From Chara braunii (lineage: Eukaryota > Plantae > Charophyceae): a stretch of DNA of 64,000 nucleotides. The DNA is taken from NCBI GenBank assembly GCA_003427395.1, contig BFEA01000035.1:2803297-2867296 (forward strand), given 5' to 3'. Position numbers and translations under genes: made by a program. How positions within the stretch are numbered: position 1 is the first letter of the stretch; every line of letters starts with the position of its first letter. Positions 12,314 to 25,682 of this stretch are shown here, one piece after another. The notes beneath the pieces are model-generated. The model worked only from the letters and a program-made list of their open reading frames with translations, was not told the origin of the DNA and did not search any database.

Positions 12314-13528
12314 GGGGGGGTTTCATTAACTCTCCCATCCCAACCCCCCACCCTTACACTCAACCCCTGGGACATACTCACACACACACACACAAACATA
12401 GACCCTGACTCATGTACACCTTGCACACACATGGACGATCACATACAACTACCCACGGACACAGGAAAAGCCACCCTCCATCCCTAAATCACATACACAC
12501 AGCCCCTACCAACCCCTCCCCACCACAAAGGCCCCAACCCACAAATAGAACTGGCGCCCCACTTACCAATCCCCATACAATACCCTCCAAACAAACCCAA
12601 CTGGTGCCCCAGCCACCGGCCCCCAAGCCACCCCCTTAAAACAAATGCCACACGGGGCCCCACGCCCCCAAACCACACCCTCAATACTTACGGCAACTGG
12701 TCCCCCACACTCCACCCACCAGGCACTTACATCCCCACCGACTTGCGTCCACCAATGCCCCAGCCACATGTCCCCAGGCCACACATACATAACATAAATT
12801 AACAAGTTTTTTTCAAAAAAGAAGCCCCTCCCTCCACCCACCGACCCTCACCACGGCATCAATGCAATGCACCACCCACCGGCCCTCTCCCCACACCCTC
12901 GAACTGTACACCCGCTAATGCCCCTTTAACAATAGCACGAGATTTTGTTTTTTTCCCATGAATCATACAAATGTTGTTAACTTTGTGTATCAATTGTTGT
13001 ACCTTGCAATTCTCTAAAATCAAAGGCTCGAAGAGCGAGACTTGTGAGGTTTTTCGGCTCATATTTCAATTTGGGTTTTTTTGGTAAAGTGTGGGTTCAC
13101 CTGCTACCTCCCTCCCCCAAACCCTCATGCCGCAGAACCACCATGATGTCTTTTTACCACAGGACACTAATTCAACTCATAACCTTTGCACCATAAAGAA
13201 ACAGAAAACATTAAAAAAAACACCCATTATCCTCCATGCACCACAGCACTTCCAGCATAGAGCCACAACATATATCCACATACCAAATGCACTTGAACGC
13301 AACATTCCGCGGCTGACGCCACATCGCCACAGGAGGGGGGGTGCACTGGGAGGGGTCGTGGGGGTTCAGGAAGGGCCAGAGGCACCACCCCATCCTCAGG
13401 GGAAAAAAAACGAAATAAAACTAATAAAAGGAGGGGAAAAAAGAAACGAAAAAGAAAGAAAGGTGTGTGTGTGTATATGTGCGCGCACGCGCGCGTGTGC
13501 ATGTGTGTTTGTGTGTGTGTGTGTGTGT

Positions 13529-13566
<38 letters not shown>

Positions 13567-13570
13567 ATAC
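12000..13570. mobile_element. Putative foldback/MITE-like element with diverged inverted arms
   Basis: 12131-12220 is the diverged reverse complement of 13351-13440, and (CA)n-GCGC / GCGC-(TG)n tracts mirror each other outside the arms. A related unit lies at about 11700-11765. Confidence 0.45.
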
Positions 13571-13729
13571 TTACTCTCTTCATCACAGCTACCTTCGATA
13601 CAACCGTTTAGACCACAGGCTAATATATGCATCCGGACTTATGTTCTTTATTGTCGGGAGTAGTAGCGATAGAAGCCACTTTGTGATGCACTATGGACAT
13701 AGGCTAGCAAGAGCATTATCAAAGTAACA

Positions 13730-14330
13730 AAGGAAAGGACAACAACCAAGAAACAAACAGGCAAAACAGCAAAGCAAGAGTACGGAGGCAACACATAGGC
13801 CAGAGGACACGGGGAAAGGTGGGAGGGAAGACGACACACGATATACTAAGGGAAATACATGAGGCGAGAAGGCATATTGGGATAACAGCAGAGGCTGGAG
13901 GGCACGGGGGAGGCGGGAGGTGGACGACATACAAGGCAATGAAGGGGGAAAGATATAAGGTGTCAAGGCATAGAATGACAACCAGCAGCAAAGACATGAG
14001 ACAAGGCATACGACAACAAACAATAGCAGCAAAGTCATAAGGCAACAAGGCATAGGACGACAAACAGCAGCAAAGACATGAGGCGTCAGGGCATATGATG
14101 ACAAACAGCAGCAAAGGACAGTGGCTGGAGGGCACGGGCGAGGCGGGAGGGCAGACGACACACAAANTATACCAAACAGACAACACACTAGTATACCAAG
14201 CAAACAACACACTAGTATACCGAGCAGAAGACACACCAGCACACCAAGCAGATGACACACAAGCACAACAAACAAACCAAGCAGATTATATGCAAGCACA
14301 TCAAGCAGACGAATGCAAAACCCACAAGAA
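13730..14330. repeat. Degenerate CA-rich minisatellites (about 40-bp and 24-bp units)
   Basis: Recurring CAGCAGCAAAGACATGAG..AAGGCATA and ACCAAGCA.AC.ACACACTAGTAT units. Confidence 0.6.
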
Positions 14331-15074
14331 AACACAAGTCCCGAATAAATTCCTCGGACTGAAAAAAAAAAAACTGATGATAGATAGTTTTGTCGGAGTT
14401 GCACTGACTCATCAGAAAGTTGAACCCTCGACAATCTGCGGAATCTTTGTATTCGATGGTTTGTGTCATGAACCCTTTGACCCTTGTTGACGGAATTGTC
14501 CCCCAAACGGAACACAACAATAGGTGGCAACCCTGCGAAGCACCGGGCAAGAGTGTAGAGACAACCCTGCTGCTCATCGCCAAAGACAACTTTAAGGATC
14601 GCTGTCGTGCACATCGGTCCTGCAGGGGGACCATCCTGGCCCCGTCACGCAGGATTTGCAAGACTTTCTTTCGTAGAGCGTTTGCCGTTTCGGTTGAGTG
14701 TGCCATCCGTACCTCTTGTGAACACCTACGATAGGATAGAGGTCGCGCGAGGAACAACCTACCTGCCCAAGAGGTTTTCATCACCTTTAGGTAGATGTAT
14801 CCCCGCCGAGCTACAAAACCACATGTGAAAGTTGCTCGAGTGCAATCACAAAGGTTGCCCAGCTAAGGTTTTTTCTCGTTCGTTGGAGTATAGGGTGTAT
14901 GCGTGATTGGACCCTTAATTAGACCCGCGCGCGAATTGACGTTTTGGGGGCTAATCTCCCTAGTGCGGCTCTGCGCCGGGCATATAGGATGACCAATGTA
15001 ATCACGCGATACACTCGCAAAATAAAACCAACCTTCACACATAAATCACGCCTAGTCTGTTTTTCACATCCGAC

Positions 15075-15203
15075 TAGTGTCGTACCCCCGTTCACCGTTC
15101 ACGGGGTCTGTGGACGAAAACCGATCATGGAGTTCACGGAGTTCGCGGTGTAGGAGTTCATGGAGTTCAGGGAGAGCGGGATCGGTTTTCTTTAATTTTT
15201 TGG

Positions 15204-15241
<38 letters not shown>

Positions 15242-15517
15242 NNNNNNNNNNNNNNNNNNNNNNNNNNNNNNNNNNNNNNNNNNNNNNNNNNNNNNNNNNN
15301 NNNNNNNNNNNNNNNNNNNNNNNNNNNNNNNNNNNNNNNNNNNNNNNNNNNNNNNNNNNNNNNNNNNNNNNNNNNNNNNNNNNNNNNNNNNNNNNNCCCC
15401 CCCCCCCCCAAAAAAAAAAAAAAACCTCTCTTTCGTGGTCGGCCCATTCACCGTGAACGGTCATTCACAAAAAAAACACCAAATGAATGGTCGGTCACGT
15501 TCACGGGTCCGGAATTG
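15075..15517. mobile_element. hAT-type MITE (contains an assembly gap)
   Basis: Perfect 8-bp TSD CATCCGAC at 15067-15074 and 15518-15525; degenerate TIR TAGTGTCGTACCC / GGGTCCGGAATTG; repeated GTTCACGG motifs. Confidence 0.75.
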
Positions 15518-15715
15518 CATCCGACCTATAACCTTTCGATGATAAAATAAGCAAGTGTCGTGCGAGAGACTGTGAATGAATGTCGCGACGGTCTAGGTTT
15601 TATCATATCGACTAGCCATGCATGAATGCGCAAGTAGCCCCGAGAATGACGTACGGTGTGGTATCCATAAACAGATAGTCCTCATCGTTTTTTAGGCTCG
15701 CTTTCGACACTCAAG

Positions 15716-16437
15716 TGTCGGTTGACACGCGTCTTGAGAGGCTAATTTTATGATGCTAGACAATTGTGAAAGCGATTCCAAGTCCTACCTTCTTCTGCTC
15801 ACTGCTGGGAGAAGTGGTAGGTCGGCTTCGACCTGTTCTGGCGGTCTAGTGCTTTTAACTTTGGGAACAGGGCTCCATCTTCATAGGCCTGGAACAAGGT
15901 TAAGAGTTTGACTTCAACAACCACCACGGACCTCAACGTCCAATCATCAAACTCAACAAGCAAAATGTAAAAGGAGTCCCTTTTTTGTTTTTCAACACAA
16001 AATCCCCTCGATCATTTCACACGATCAAGATAGACGGAGCGAATGCACAAAATACGACCATAGTAGGGTTATTGGACCTAAGGCGATCACTCTCACAATC
16101 ACAGTGTAACCCCTTTCAAAAATAGAAATGATCGCAGATAAAATCAAATTCGGGTTTCAACTCACAAAATATACCTGCAATCACACGCAGATTCAACATC
16201 GACATACTACACACTACACAGTGTTAACTTTAACCACTCTATACATTTACACCCCCTGTCTTATTCAACAAACCTCAACCTTTCTCCAACCTCCCGAAAT
16301 AAAAATACTTAGTCATTTTTAAATGACCATTTAATAAAAGTCCAGGTAAAAACACCCAAACGAACATTTCAATCCATAGGGGATAAGGCCTTAGATTGAG
16401 TTGCGCGAATGAGTTGGAGTTTAGCCGGAGACCGACA
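15716..16437. mobile_element. Possible solo LTR
   Basis: Ends TGTCGGT...ACCGACA form a 7-bp perfect inverted repeat with TG..CA; no TSD found. Confidence 0.3.
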
Positions 16438-16489
16438 AATTGATAACCAACCTGTTATCAATTATGACCGAAAATTTAATTCTCGAAGG

Positions 16490-17270
16490 CTGTGTAGCAT
16501 CGTGTTCGGGTTCGGTGACCGAACCCGAACGTTCGGGACCGAACGCTAACGAGCGCCGAAACTTTCCGAACGCGAACATAAAAATATTTGGAAAAAAAAA
16601 AAGTTTCTCCTGAAAATTTGAAAAAAAATAAATGTGATGTAAAATAATAATACAAACAACGTTTGCCTTGGAGGTATGGTCAAATTCGTAACCAAACTCG
16701 AGTTAAAAATAAAAAAAANNNNNNNNNNNNNNNNNNNNNNNNNNNNNNNNNNNNNNNNNNNNNNNNNNNNNNNNNNNNNNNNNNNNNNNNNNNNNNNNNN
16801 NNNNNNNNNNNNNNNNNNNNNNNNNNNNNNNNNNNNNNNNNNNNNNNNNNNNNNNNNNNNNNNNNNNNNNNNNNNNNNNNNNNNNNNNNNNNNNNNNNNN
16901 NNNNNNNNNNNNNNNNNNNNNNNNNNNNNNNNNNNNNNNNNNNNNNNNNNNNNNNNNNNNNNNNNNNNNNNNNNNNNNNNNNNNNNNNNNNNNNNNNNNN
17001 NNNNNNNNNNNNNNNNNNNNNNNNNNNNNNNNNNNNNNNNNNNNNNNNNNNNNNNNNNNNNNNNNNNNNNNNNNNNNNNNNNNNNNNNNNNNNNNNNNNN
17101 NNNNNNNNNNNNNNNNNNNNNNNNNNNNNNNNNNNNNNNNNNNNNNNNNNNNNNNNNNNNNNNNNNNNNNNNNNNNNNNNNNNNNNNNNNNNNNNNNNNN
17201 NNNNNNNNNNNNNNNNNNNNNNNNNNNNNNNNNNNNNNNNNNNNNNNNNNNNNNNNNNNNNNNNNNNNNN

Positions 17271-17306
<36 letters not shown>

Positions 17307-17508
17307 TCGAGTTCAGTTATGAATTTGAGCGTACCTCCAAGGCAAAAGTTGCTTGTATATTATTTTACATTACATATATTGTTTTCATATTTTTTTAAGA
17401 TTTTTTTTTTTTTTTTTAATGTTCGCGTTTGGAGAGTTTCGACGCTCGTTCGCGTTCGGTCCCGAACGTTCGGGTTCGGTTACCGAACTCGAACACGATG
17501 CTACACAG
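16490..17508. mobile_element. Two inverted partial copies of the CTGTGTAGCA-terminated MITE family flanking a gap
   Basis: 16490-16718 is the diverged reverse complement of 17271-17508; both match the right part of the complete copy at 56198-56538. Confidence 0.8.
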
Positions 17509-17584
17509 ATTAAACTTTGAACTACACTCCCCCTGGATAAGTAGGTTTCCAATATTTATACCAAGTCATATATGTTTAGAAGAC

Positions 17585-17990
17585 AAAAGTTCGAGTTTTG
17601 CAAAAACTAAATTCAACAAACTCTTTACATTCGTACAAATATTAGTAGCACTTCCTTTAGCGAAAGTGTCTTTTCAAAATTTTTACAAAAATAAATACGA
17701 ATTTTAAAAATAATTTTAACATCAAAAGTCAAAATTTATCAAACCCCTTGAATTAGTGAAACATTTGACATTCATTCCTCTAGAGAAGTAGACTTTCAAG
17801 ATTATTACTTAGTTAGATATATAGTTAGGAAAAAATTTAAACCTTGCAAAAACTAAATCAGACTAACTATATGGATTTGCAAAAATTTATGCAAACTTCC
17901 CTTAACAAAAGTGATTTTTCAAAATTTATATAAAACCAGATATGAAGTTAAAACAACTTAACTTTGCGAAAAACCAATTTGAACTAACTC
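17585..17990. repeat. Degenerate AT-rich repeat (TTGCAAAAACTAAAT...CTTCC..AAAGTG.TTTTCAAAATTT)
   Basis: Similar blocks at about 17590, 17835 and partially at 17955. Confidence 0.5.
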
Positions 17991-18144
17991 TTATAGCACC
18001 AACGCATAACGAGCATCCAAGTTGCAAGCACACACAAACAAGGTAAATACCCTCACCAAAATCCCAACTTATTTTCATAGAAGGTAATTTTTTTATCTTC
18101 CAAATGATTAACCTTTTACCCACCTTACATATGGTATGACGCTA

Positions 18145-18764
18145 AACCATTCTGTTTAGAAACAATGTCTAACATAACTTAGGTTATTCGCGAACAGGTT
18201 GCATAACTACTTCTCTCTTCTTTAGGTTTATAAGTGAGTAAATCATTCTGCTTATGAACAATGTCTAGTCGCTCTCAACTGTTTAAATATTCAATATTTA
18301 AGTAATTATATGCCTTGTCTTTTGATATGGGCAGGGGATTGAACCATTCTACTTAGAAACAATGTTGAGGACCTTTAGGTTGCCGAATTTACTTTCAATT
18401 ATACTCTTGAGTCTTGATTTTACCTCTTTTTTTTGTGATACAACTTAAGTTAGGTAGTTCTTCTCAGAAACAATGTCTAGATGTCTGTTCATATGAAAAT
18501 ATAAAGAACTTGAAGTAGTTTCAATATATAATTTTTTTGCGCTTAGTGTGTATGGCTTCATGCTAAACCATTTTGCTTAGAAACAATGCGTAGCCTTCTA
18601 CCAAAAACCTGTCTCATAATAAAACAAGTGTTTAGGAACAATGTTCAATTTATCTCAAGACACACAAAAGCATGAAGTTGGATCATTCTGGTTAGAGATA
18701 ATGTTCAGCTTCAGTCATAAACCCCCAAAAGAAACAGGCAGCCCGAATCATTCTGCTTAGAAAC
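18145..18764 (+). repeat. Repeat-spacer array, left part (core CATTCTGCTTAGAAACAATGT)
   Basis: Motif copies at about 18145, 18241, 18342, 18453, 18566, 18625, 18681 and 18746 (the last split by the retrotransposon), separated by divergent spacers. Confidence 0.8.
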
Positions 18765-20029
18765 TGCATGGGTCCCGAAGACCAACTCACGCCAGTGTGT
18801 ACATGTCATGCATCGTCCTTGCACACAACGATCAAAAGTCTCACACAATAGACAAAGGTAGATGATAAGAGAACCGAGTTTCACCCCTTATATTAACAAA
18901 AATATGATTACAAAGAGTTTCATAGTTCCCTGAGTCCAGCGCTCAACAGCGCAATGTCAATTCAGCATCAACTCATCGACATGATTTCGAATACATCAGC
19001 GCTACTCCTGCAGATTGTCTCCAAGTCATCAATGTGGTCACTACTCATCAGCGTCACTTCTGCAGTTCAAATCCAACTCAGGTAAGTATCTTCCATAGCC
19101 ACACCTTGAATGAACATTCTTTGCCTTGGTCCCTCCCTCCTACGATGCATACACACTCTTCTCTCGCAAGGATCTACTATGAATGCTACTCATAGCTGTC
19201 TACTACTAACTCTCTACTACTAGTACTGACTCGCTGGGCAGCTATGGCTGCATCACTTCCAGCGCACAGGCTTCTTCCCTCACTCAGCGCATCTTCATCC
19301 TCCAGAGCTGCTCCTCCTGGCTTAGCGCACAAGTGCACCAACACTTCCACGCAGAAATGACCAGTGGATATCTGGCGAGGAATGAGGCTGGCTGTTGCCT
19401 TTATAGTGTTGGCCTCTCCTCGCTGGGTCTGCATTGGCTCCGTTTGCCTTTCCTTCGTCCCAGACCCGACATTGCATGTGTCCCAGTACAGTCCCAATGA
19501 AGTTCAACTGCTGTTGAGGCCTCCCGACCTAGATTTGGACTTGAAAGTCTGAATCTGGACTGTCCCCTTGACTTAGACCAGAACTGGGACTTTACCTATG
19601 GACTTACTTTCGAACAGGCACATCTTTAGACGAACAGACACACTCACTGCCTGAACAGACACTCCCAANTAGACCAGAACTGGGACTTTACCTATGGACT
19701 TACTTTCGAACAGGCACATCTTTAGACGAACAGACACACTCACTGCCTGAACAGACACTCCCAATGTGTGAATAGACACTCTTCTTTGCACGAACAGGTG
19801 CACTGACTGCACGCACAGACACACCCCATGCTGAACAGACATGAAGTGCACATCTCCTGGTGAACAGGTAAGTCTTTTGACAATGCCCTTTGCTTTAGAT
19901 TAAGTCGTGCCTGTTGATAAAGAACTTGACCTTTGACCTGCTTTCACATTTTGAGCCCTGGCGAGATACCCTTTCACGCTGCTTTACTTTTACAAGGCCT
20001 TAGGCCTGCATCGGGTAAAGACCTTTTTA
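18765..20029 (-). repeat. 3' LTR of the chromovirus
   Basis: Highly similar to 26757-27925; contains an N-bounded duplication of about 95 bp at 19574-19763. Confidence 0.93.
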
Positions 20030-20067
20030 CTCTCGCCGNCCTAGTTTCGAAGTCCTCTGAGAATCAT

Positions 20068-21567
20068 TTACCTATTAAGGATATGAATCCCTCTTTTTGC
20101 GCTCTCATATGCAGATACAATATGAGGTGCAGAGTCTAATAGCTCTTCTCGTGTGAACCAACGATCTTCACTAGGATCCTGGTATGCAAACCTCACCTTA
20201 TATTGTTGTTGTGGTTTGCCCCTACGTCCAGTGTGGTAGGTACTTTCTGCAACAATTTTATCCACGTCATACTTTCCATCCATACTTGGAGGTATCGCTG
20301 ATCGACGACTTGGAAAGATCTCATTTGTTACGCAAGGTAAGAGCTTGGATGCATGGAACACTGGATATGTACGTAGATGTAGAGGAATCTCAATGACATA
20401 CGAAGGACCATCCACATCTCCAGTTACATTTAAAACCTGCCAAGGTCCTCTGTAGGCGGGTAGAAGTTTCGGAGAAATGTTATCTTCAGGTGCGAATTCT
20501 TTAGACTTTACCCAAACTAAGTTTCCTACAGCAAATAGAGACGGTCGCCTATGCTTATTCGCCTGTTCAATCATCTGGTGTTGTGCTTTGACTATATTTT
20601 CCTTTACCTTTTCAATATCTTTTTGGAATTGGATTGCGAATTCACTAGTCCCTAGAGGAAGCTTATGTATTTGATCTGGGTTCAATCGATCAATGGGTCT
20701 ACGAGGACGCCATCCCAAATGTAACTCCATAGGAGTCTTACACGTAGATAGATGTACAGAGTTATTGTAGGCACTGTCAACTTTAGGCAGATGTCCATCC
20801 CAGTCAATCTGATCGAGACGAATGTACATGCGCAAAGTTTGCTGCAATATCTTGTTCATCTCCTCAGTCTGGCCATTAGTCTCAGGATGCCTGCCTGATG
20901 ACATAGTCAACTTAGAGTCATATACGTTCATTAGTTGCTGCCACTGTTCACTTGTAAACCTGGTATCTCTGTCACTGACAATATTCAAGGGATGCCCAAA
21001 ATCCTTTATCCAATGGTTAAAGAACTCCCGAATTACCAAATTAGTCTTTGCTTCCGAAGGTAAAGCTATAAAAGCAACATACTTAGTGAATTTATCCACT
21101 TTGACCATTACTTGCGTTTTTCCATTTCTGCTTTTTACCTTAGTATCCATGAAGTCTATAGACACAGAGTCTCCAGGGCCTGTAGGAATAGGCAAGGGCT
21201 TAAGCAACCCGAGGGGAGATTGTGTGGTGCTTTTGTTTCGTTGGCACACTTGACAACCTTGCACATACGCGATACAGTCTGCTTTCATGCGAGGCCAGGT
21301 GTAGGAACGCAATAAAGTCCCGTATGTCTTCTTCCAACCAAAATGGTCTTCCGTATCATGGCATTCCCCTAAGATCATACTCTTGATCTCTTCATTATTG
21401 GGTATACACAGCCTATCGTTCACATTAGTTCGTTCATACAATAGACCCTGAGTAACTTTATGATCAGGAAACTCTGCTGGATTTTCTTGCACTTGCTTAA
21501 TCATTGTCCCATAGATAGAGTCAGAGGGATACGCACTTCTAATCTTCTCTTGTAGGTCAGCACCCAC
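20068..21567 (-). pseudogene. Integrase with GPY/F motif and C-terminal chromodomain
   Basis: CHD..DHFG...CQVCQ zinc finger, SVSIDF, IVSDRD, HPETNGQTE catalytic core, YRGPW, then YDVDKIV...YKVRFAY....DRW chromodomain. Confidence 0.93.
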
Positions 21568-21589
21568 ATCTAAATACGTTACAATGGCA

Positions 21590-22811
21590 CCGAAAAAGTC
21601 TGATCTACGACTTAGTGCATCCGCAACAACGTATACTTACGCTTTACTGGCTTTAGCTCAAAATCAAACATATCAATCTCTGCAGCCCACCTAGTCAACT
21701 CAGGTGTCATTCGAGCTTGCGTTTTGAGCCAGCAAAGTGTTTCATGGTCAGAGTATACCTTAAAATGTCGTCCTATGAGATAGTGTTGCCAATGATTGAG
21801 AGCCTCTCGAAGAGCATATAACTCTCTTTCATACGTCGAGGCGGCCACTTTTTCATTAGGCAATCGACAAGACATAAACTCTACAGGTCTGTATCCATGT
21901 CCATCGTCTTGTTGGAGTACAACACCTATGCAATATTAACTAACGTCGGTCGTGACTATGAAAGGTAATGAAGGGTCTGCCACTTTCAAAACCGGGTAGT
22001 TAATCAAACACTTTTTCAGACGTTTGAAAGACATAGTGCAGTCTGAATCCCACTTCCAAATTACTTCTTTCTAAAGCAACCTGCGAAGTGGAGCAGCTAT
22101 TATCGTAAAGTGTCTTACAAACTTGCGATAATAGTTGGCTAACCCAAGGAACGACCGCACCTCAATCAGGGTGCAGGGGTTCGGCCAATTTCTAATTGCT
22201 GCTATTTTAGCATCTTCCGGTTTGACCCCATCTCCATCAATCACATGTCATAGGTATAGAACCTGACGCTTAGCCCATTCACACTTCCTTGGGTTTATCT
22301 TGAGGTTTGCTTCTCTTAGCTTACTTAGCACAAGTCGAAGGTGCTCAGCATGTTCTTTTTCATCTTTGCTGAAAATCAAAATATCATCTAGATAAATAAC
22401 AACAAATTTGTCAAGCCACTCACGAAATAGTTCATTCATCGTTCTTTGGAAAGTGGCATGGGCATTCGTTAGACCAAAGGGCAAAACTACGAATTCATAA
22501 TGCCCATACCTTGTCCTAAAGGCAGTCTTATGTTGGTCTTCCGGCTCAACCTCAATCTGATGGTAGCCGGATTTCAAATCAATCTTTGAAAATATTTTGC
22601 TACCCTGCACGCAATCCAATAAATCATCTATTCGCGATAATGGTTCGACATTCTTTACTGTTATATCGTTTAATCGTCTATAGTCTATACACATGCGAAC
22701 GTCGCCATCCTTCTTGGGCACAAAGAGCACAGGTGCACCATAGGGCGAGGAGCTAGGTTTTATCCATCCATTTTTCAGCAACTCATCGAGTTGGGTTCGC
22801 AGTTCATCCAA
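21590..22811 (-). pseudogene. Reverse transcriptase and RNase H, with stops and frameshifts
   Basis: [48 protein letters not shown]; RNase H YERELYAL and VYSDHETL. Confidence 0.95.
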
Positions 22812-22814
22812 TTC

Positions 22815-23732
22815 CTAGGGCGACATACGATAGATAGGCCCCATCGGGGGCGCGCTCCCTGGAAGGATATCAATGCGGTGTCGAATTTGTCTTTCTACCA
22901 CACCACTTGGGGCTTCAACCACATCTGCGAACTCTTTCAGGATCCTCTCAATTTTTTGAGACCTGAGTTCTTCCTTAGTTTCTCCCTCCTTTACTGGGCG
23001 CACATATGCAACAAAGACTTGGTTATATAAGTTGTATTTCTTTACATGGCGAGCGAACGCTGGGGCACTCATGCAACAGTGAGCTAGGCTGCTTTCTTTC
23101 CCAGACTCATGATAGAGGCGATTTTTTTTTTTACTTTCTTGCGGACTTGGGAGCCAACATTCATGCTCTCTCAACTTTAGATCCGCATTTGCAGCCTCAC
23201 CCCAATCCATTCCTAGCAACACATCAAAGGGCAAGTTATCCTCCACCAAGAAGGTCAGAGAGTGGAGAACACGTTCCACCTTCCCCTCTGCCTCTAACCA
23301 AAAGTATACTTGAACCCCCTCAACGTATCGATCCATGACAGTTTCACTGCTATTAGCTAGTTTACTTACTATGGGCTCATTTAACTTCTTAACCTTGAGC
23401 CCAAAACACAGTTTTTGCAATCCTCTTTTACTAATATAACTGCGTGTAGACTTGCTATCTATCATACCTCCTACTCTTACTCGATTTATTTCCAGATCTG
23501 CAATTATTAGCTGTCCTTTCTTTTTTCGCATTTCAGTCCAGGCTTGGCGACGAGTGGCCAACTCATCACCCACGCCAGCGAGGGATCCATCTAGAGAGAT
23601 GCATACGTTTGCCACCTCTGGACAGTGCGCTAGATGGGGACTGTCTTCCTCTTCAATTTCTGCCAGTGGGGCCTTCGAATAGGAGGATTTTGATTTTTCA
23701 ACATTCGAAGTCCCTGTAGAGGCAACGGGCAC
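22815..23732 (-). pseudogene. Aspartic protease region of pol
   Basis: GMIDSKSTRSYIS (decayed DSG), DVLLGMDW, HRIDILPGSAP. Confidence 0.85.
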
Positions 23733-23734
23733 CT

Positions 23735-25682
23735 CTACTGGCTGTTCCCTTTTGCCCCCCTATAGTCAGGGCAATAGGGGACAATGTGGTCGGGGTCCCC
23801 ACACTTGAGGCATTGGTCTGCTTTCTTTCTTGCTTGCCATACTTTTTTGTTATTCCCAATTCTTTCCAAGGCTCTCCTTCGGGTAGGCCTGGATGTGGTG
23901 GGTATGGTTTGTCCCACTTGTTATACCATGCGCCTCTTCCTCTTCCCCAGGCGGAATAAGAACCACGACCACCTTGTGAGGGACCATTTCCCCTTCCTCC
24001 CACATAGTGGCTTCCTTCACCAGCACCCCTCTGGTTGCCGAATCCTCTTCCACCACGGCCGCGACCTCTTCCTTGGCCACGCCCTCTTCCTTGACGCCCT
24101 CCCCCGCGGGCTGCAACAGCCGCGTAACTCCCCTCCTGAGCTACCGATCTGTTGGGTTCATCGAGACCGTAGTCTACCTGATCCCAGGAGATGGTCTCGG
24201 CGCCTCCTTCCTCAAAGGTTTGAAGGAGACTGTCCTTCCCAGGTATCGACCCTGAGATAGTGCGGTTTTGCCATCTTTTGCCCGCTTGCAGATCCTTCCA
24301 GTAATGGCAATAGTTCGCTTCGGCGAGGAAGCCGGCGTGATCTATTGCGATCTTGCCGAACTTCTCATATGTCATCCTTTCTTCTTTGGTTCGGGGATAG
24401 AGTTGTGTTCTCAGGGGATCCGGAAGTGCTCGTGCAAAACTATTTAAGATTTGGGCCGGCGTTAATCCATGATCAGGGCATTGTAACAGTTCGTCCATAG
24501 TTGCCTTTAAGGCAGACGTACTTTTCCATTTCCTATCAGGAAGGCTGAGGATCAACATCTTAGTGCGTCTTGCTAAATTCTTATCCTTGAATCTTTCTCT
24601 TACGGCTTTGAGGAAATCTTCGATTCGCGTTTGTTGCGAATATTCTACCATAGAGTTGCATCCCGCCTCTTTTTGCAGCGAGATAGCGAAGCTCATGGCG
24701 TCGCCTCCCATGCATGAAGTTGCCATCAATACCCTGTCCCAATATGGAATACGTTGTCAGTATACATACGTTTCGATTGCGGCCGCCCAATGCAGAACAC
24801 TTTCCTCCTTCTTTCCATTTTAGGTCCACGACAGTTTAAGTTTTATCTTGCTAACCTGCTCGGTTTCCTGAAGAAGTTTTTCTTTTGGATCCCCTCTTCC
24901 TTTCCTCTTCTTATCATCATTGTCGTCGACATCACCATCTCCTCCTCCGCCTCCAGCGCCCTTTACTATCTTTTATATGACTTCGGGAGTGAAAGTCTTC
25001 GTGACATGTTCATCCAAGGCCCGGATGTAAGTCTGAACATGTTGGTCAACGTCCTTGGCGGACTTTTCCAAGAAGTTATTCCAAACATTTTCGAACTCAA
25101 CCCGATGCGTTTCCACTCTTTGTAGGGTCTGACGCATCAAGGCCATATCATGCCTTGTGTTGAGGACGGCCTCTCTGAGGAGAGCAAGTTGTTCTTCTAT
25201 CGCAGAGGGTTTTTCTTTTTGCGCTTCTAAAGCCTTCTGCAATTTTTTCCCCTCCGCATGAATTTTTCTTTTCTTTTTTCTACCTCTTGCTGTCTAGCGG
25301 CCAACAGCCTGCTATTTAGTTAAGCCCTTTTCTCCTCCATCATCAAGTTTCGTTCAACGACATCTGTGACAGTGGCCAACTTAGCGATGAACGTATCCCG
25401 TTCTTCATCAGTTTCCTTTAATGGCTCGCTGGAGTAGTAGTATTGTCCAGCCCAATCTAATGGTTCAACGGGAAGTCGGTTGGCTGTACTACTCTCCGGT
25501 ATATCAAGATGACGACGTCTTTGCAAAACTTCTCCTTCTTCCTGTTCCTCTTTTTCTTCTTTTTCTTCTTCTTCTTCTTCTTCTCGTATACTCTTCAACT
25601 CTCCTTCTGCCAGTTTGCGGTCAATCTCTGCTTGTTCCGCAGGTGTGGGGCCAGGCTTCACTGTCCCCGATCGCATCAACAT
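23735..25682 (-). pseudogene. Gag (frameshifted), with long charged N-terminus, RG-rich tract and CCHC knuckle
   Basis: MLMRSG start, E/K-rich ORF pieces, GRG repeats, CLKCGDPDHIVPYC. Confidence 0.8.

Noticed and set aside
13691-14784. Hydrophobic 307-aa and 190-aa ORFs
   Set aside because: Mostly translation of minisatellites; no motif recognised in the unique part
19186-19497. 103-aa ORF present twice (also 27178-27489)
   Set aside because: Lies within the LTRs, so the duplication is explained by LTR identity; no recognisable domain
19574-19763. Tandem duplication of about 95 bp within the 3' LTR
   Set aside because: Exact copy joined at an N and absent from the other LTR, so a contig-overlap artefact
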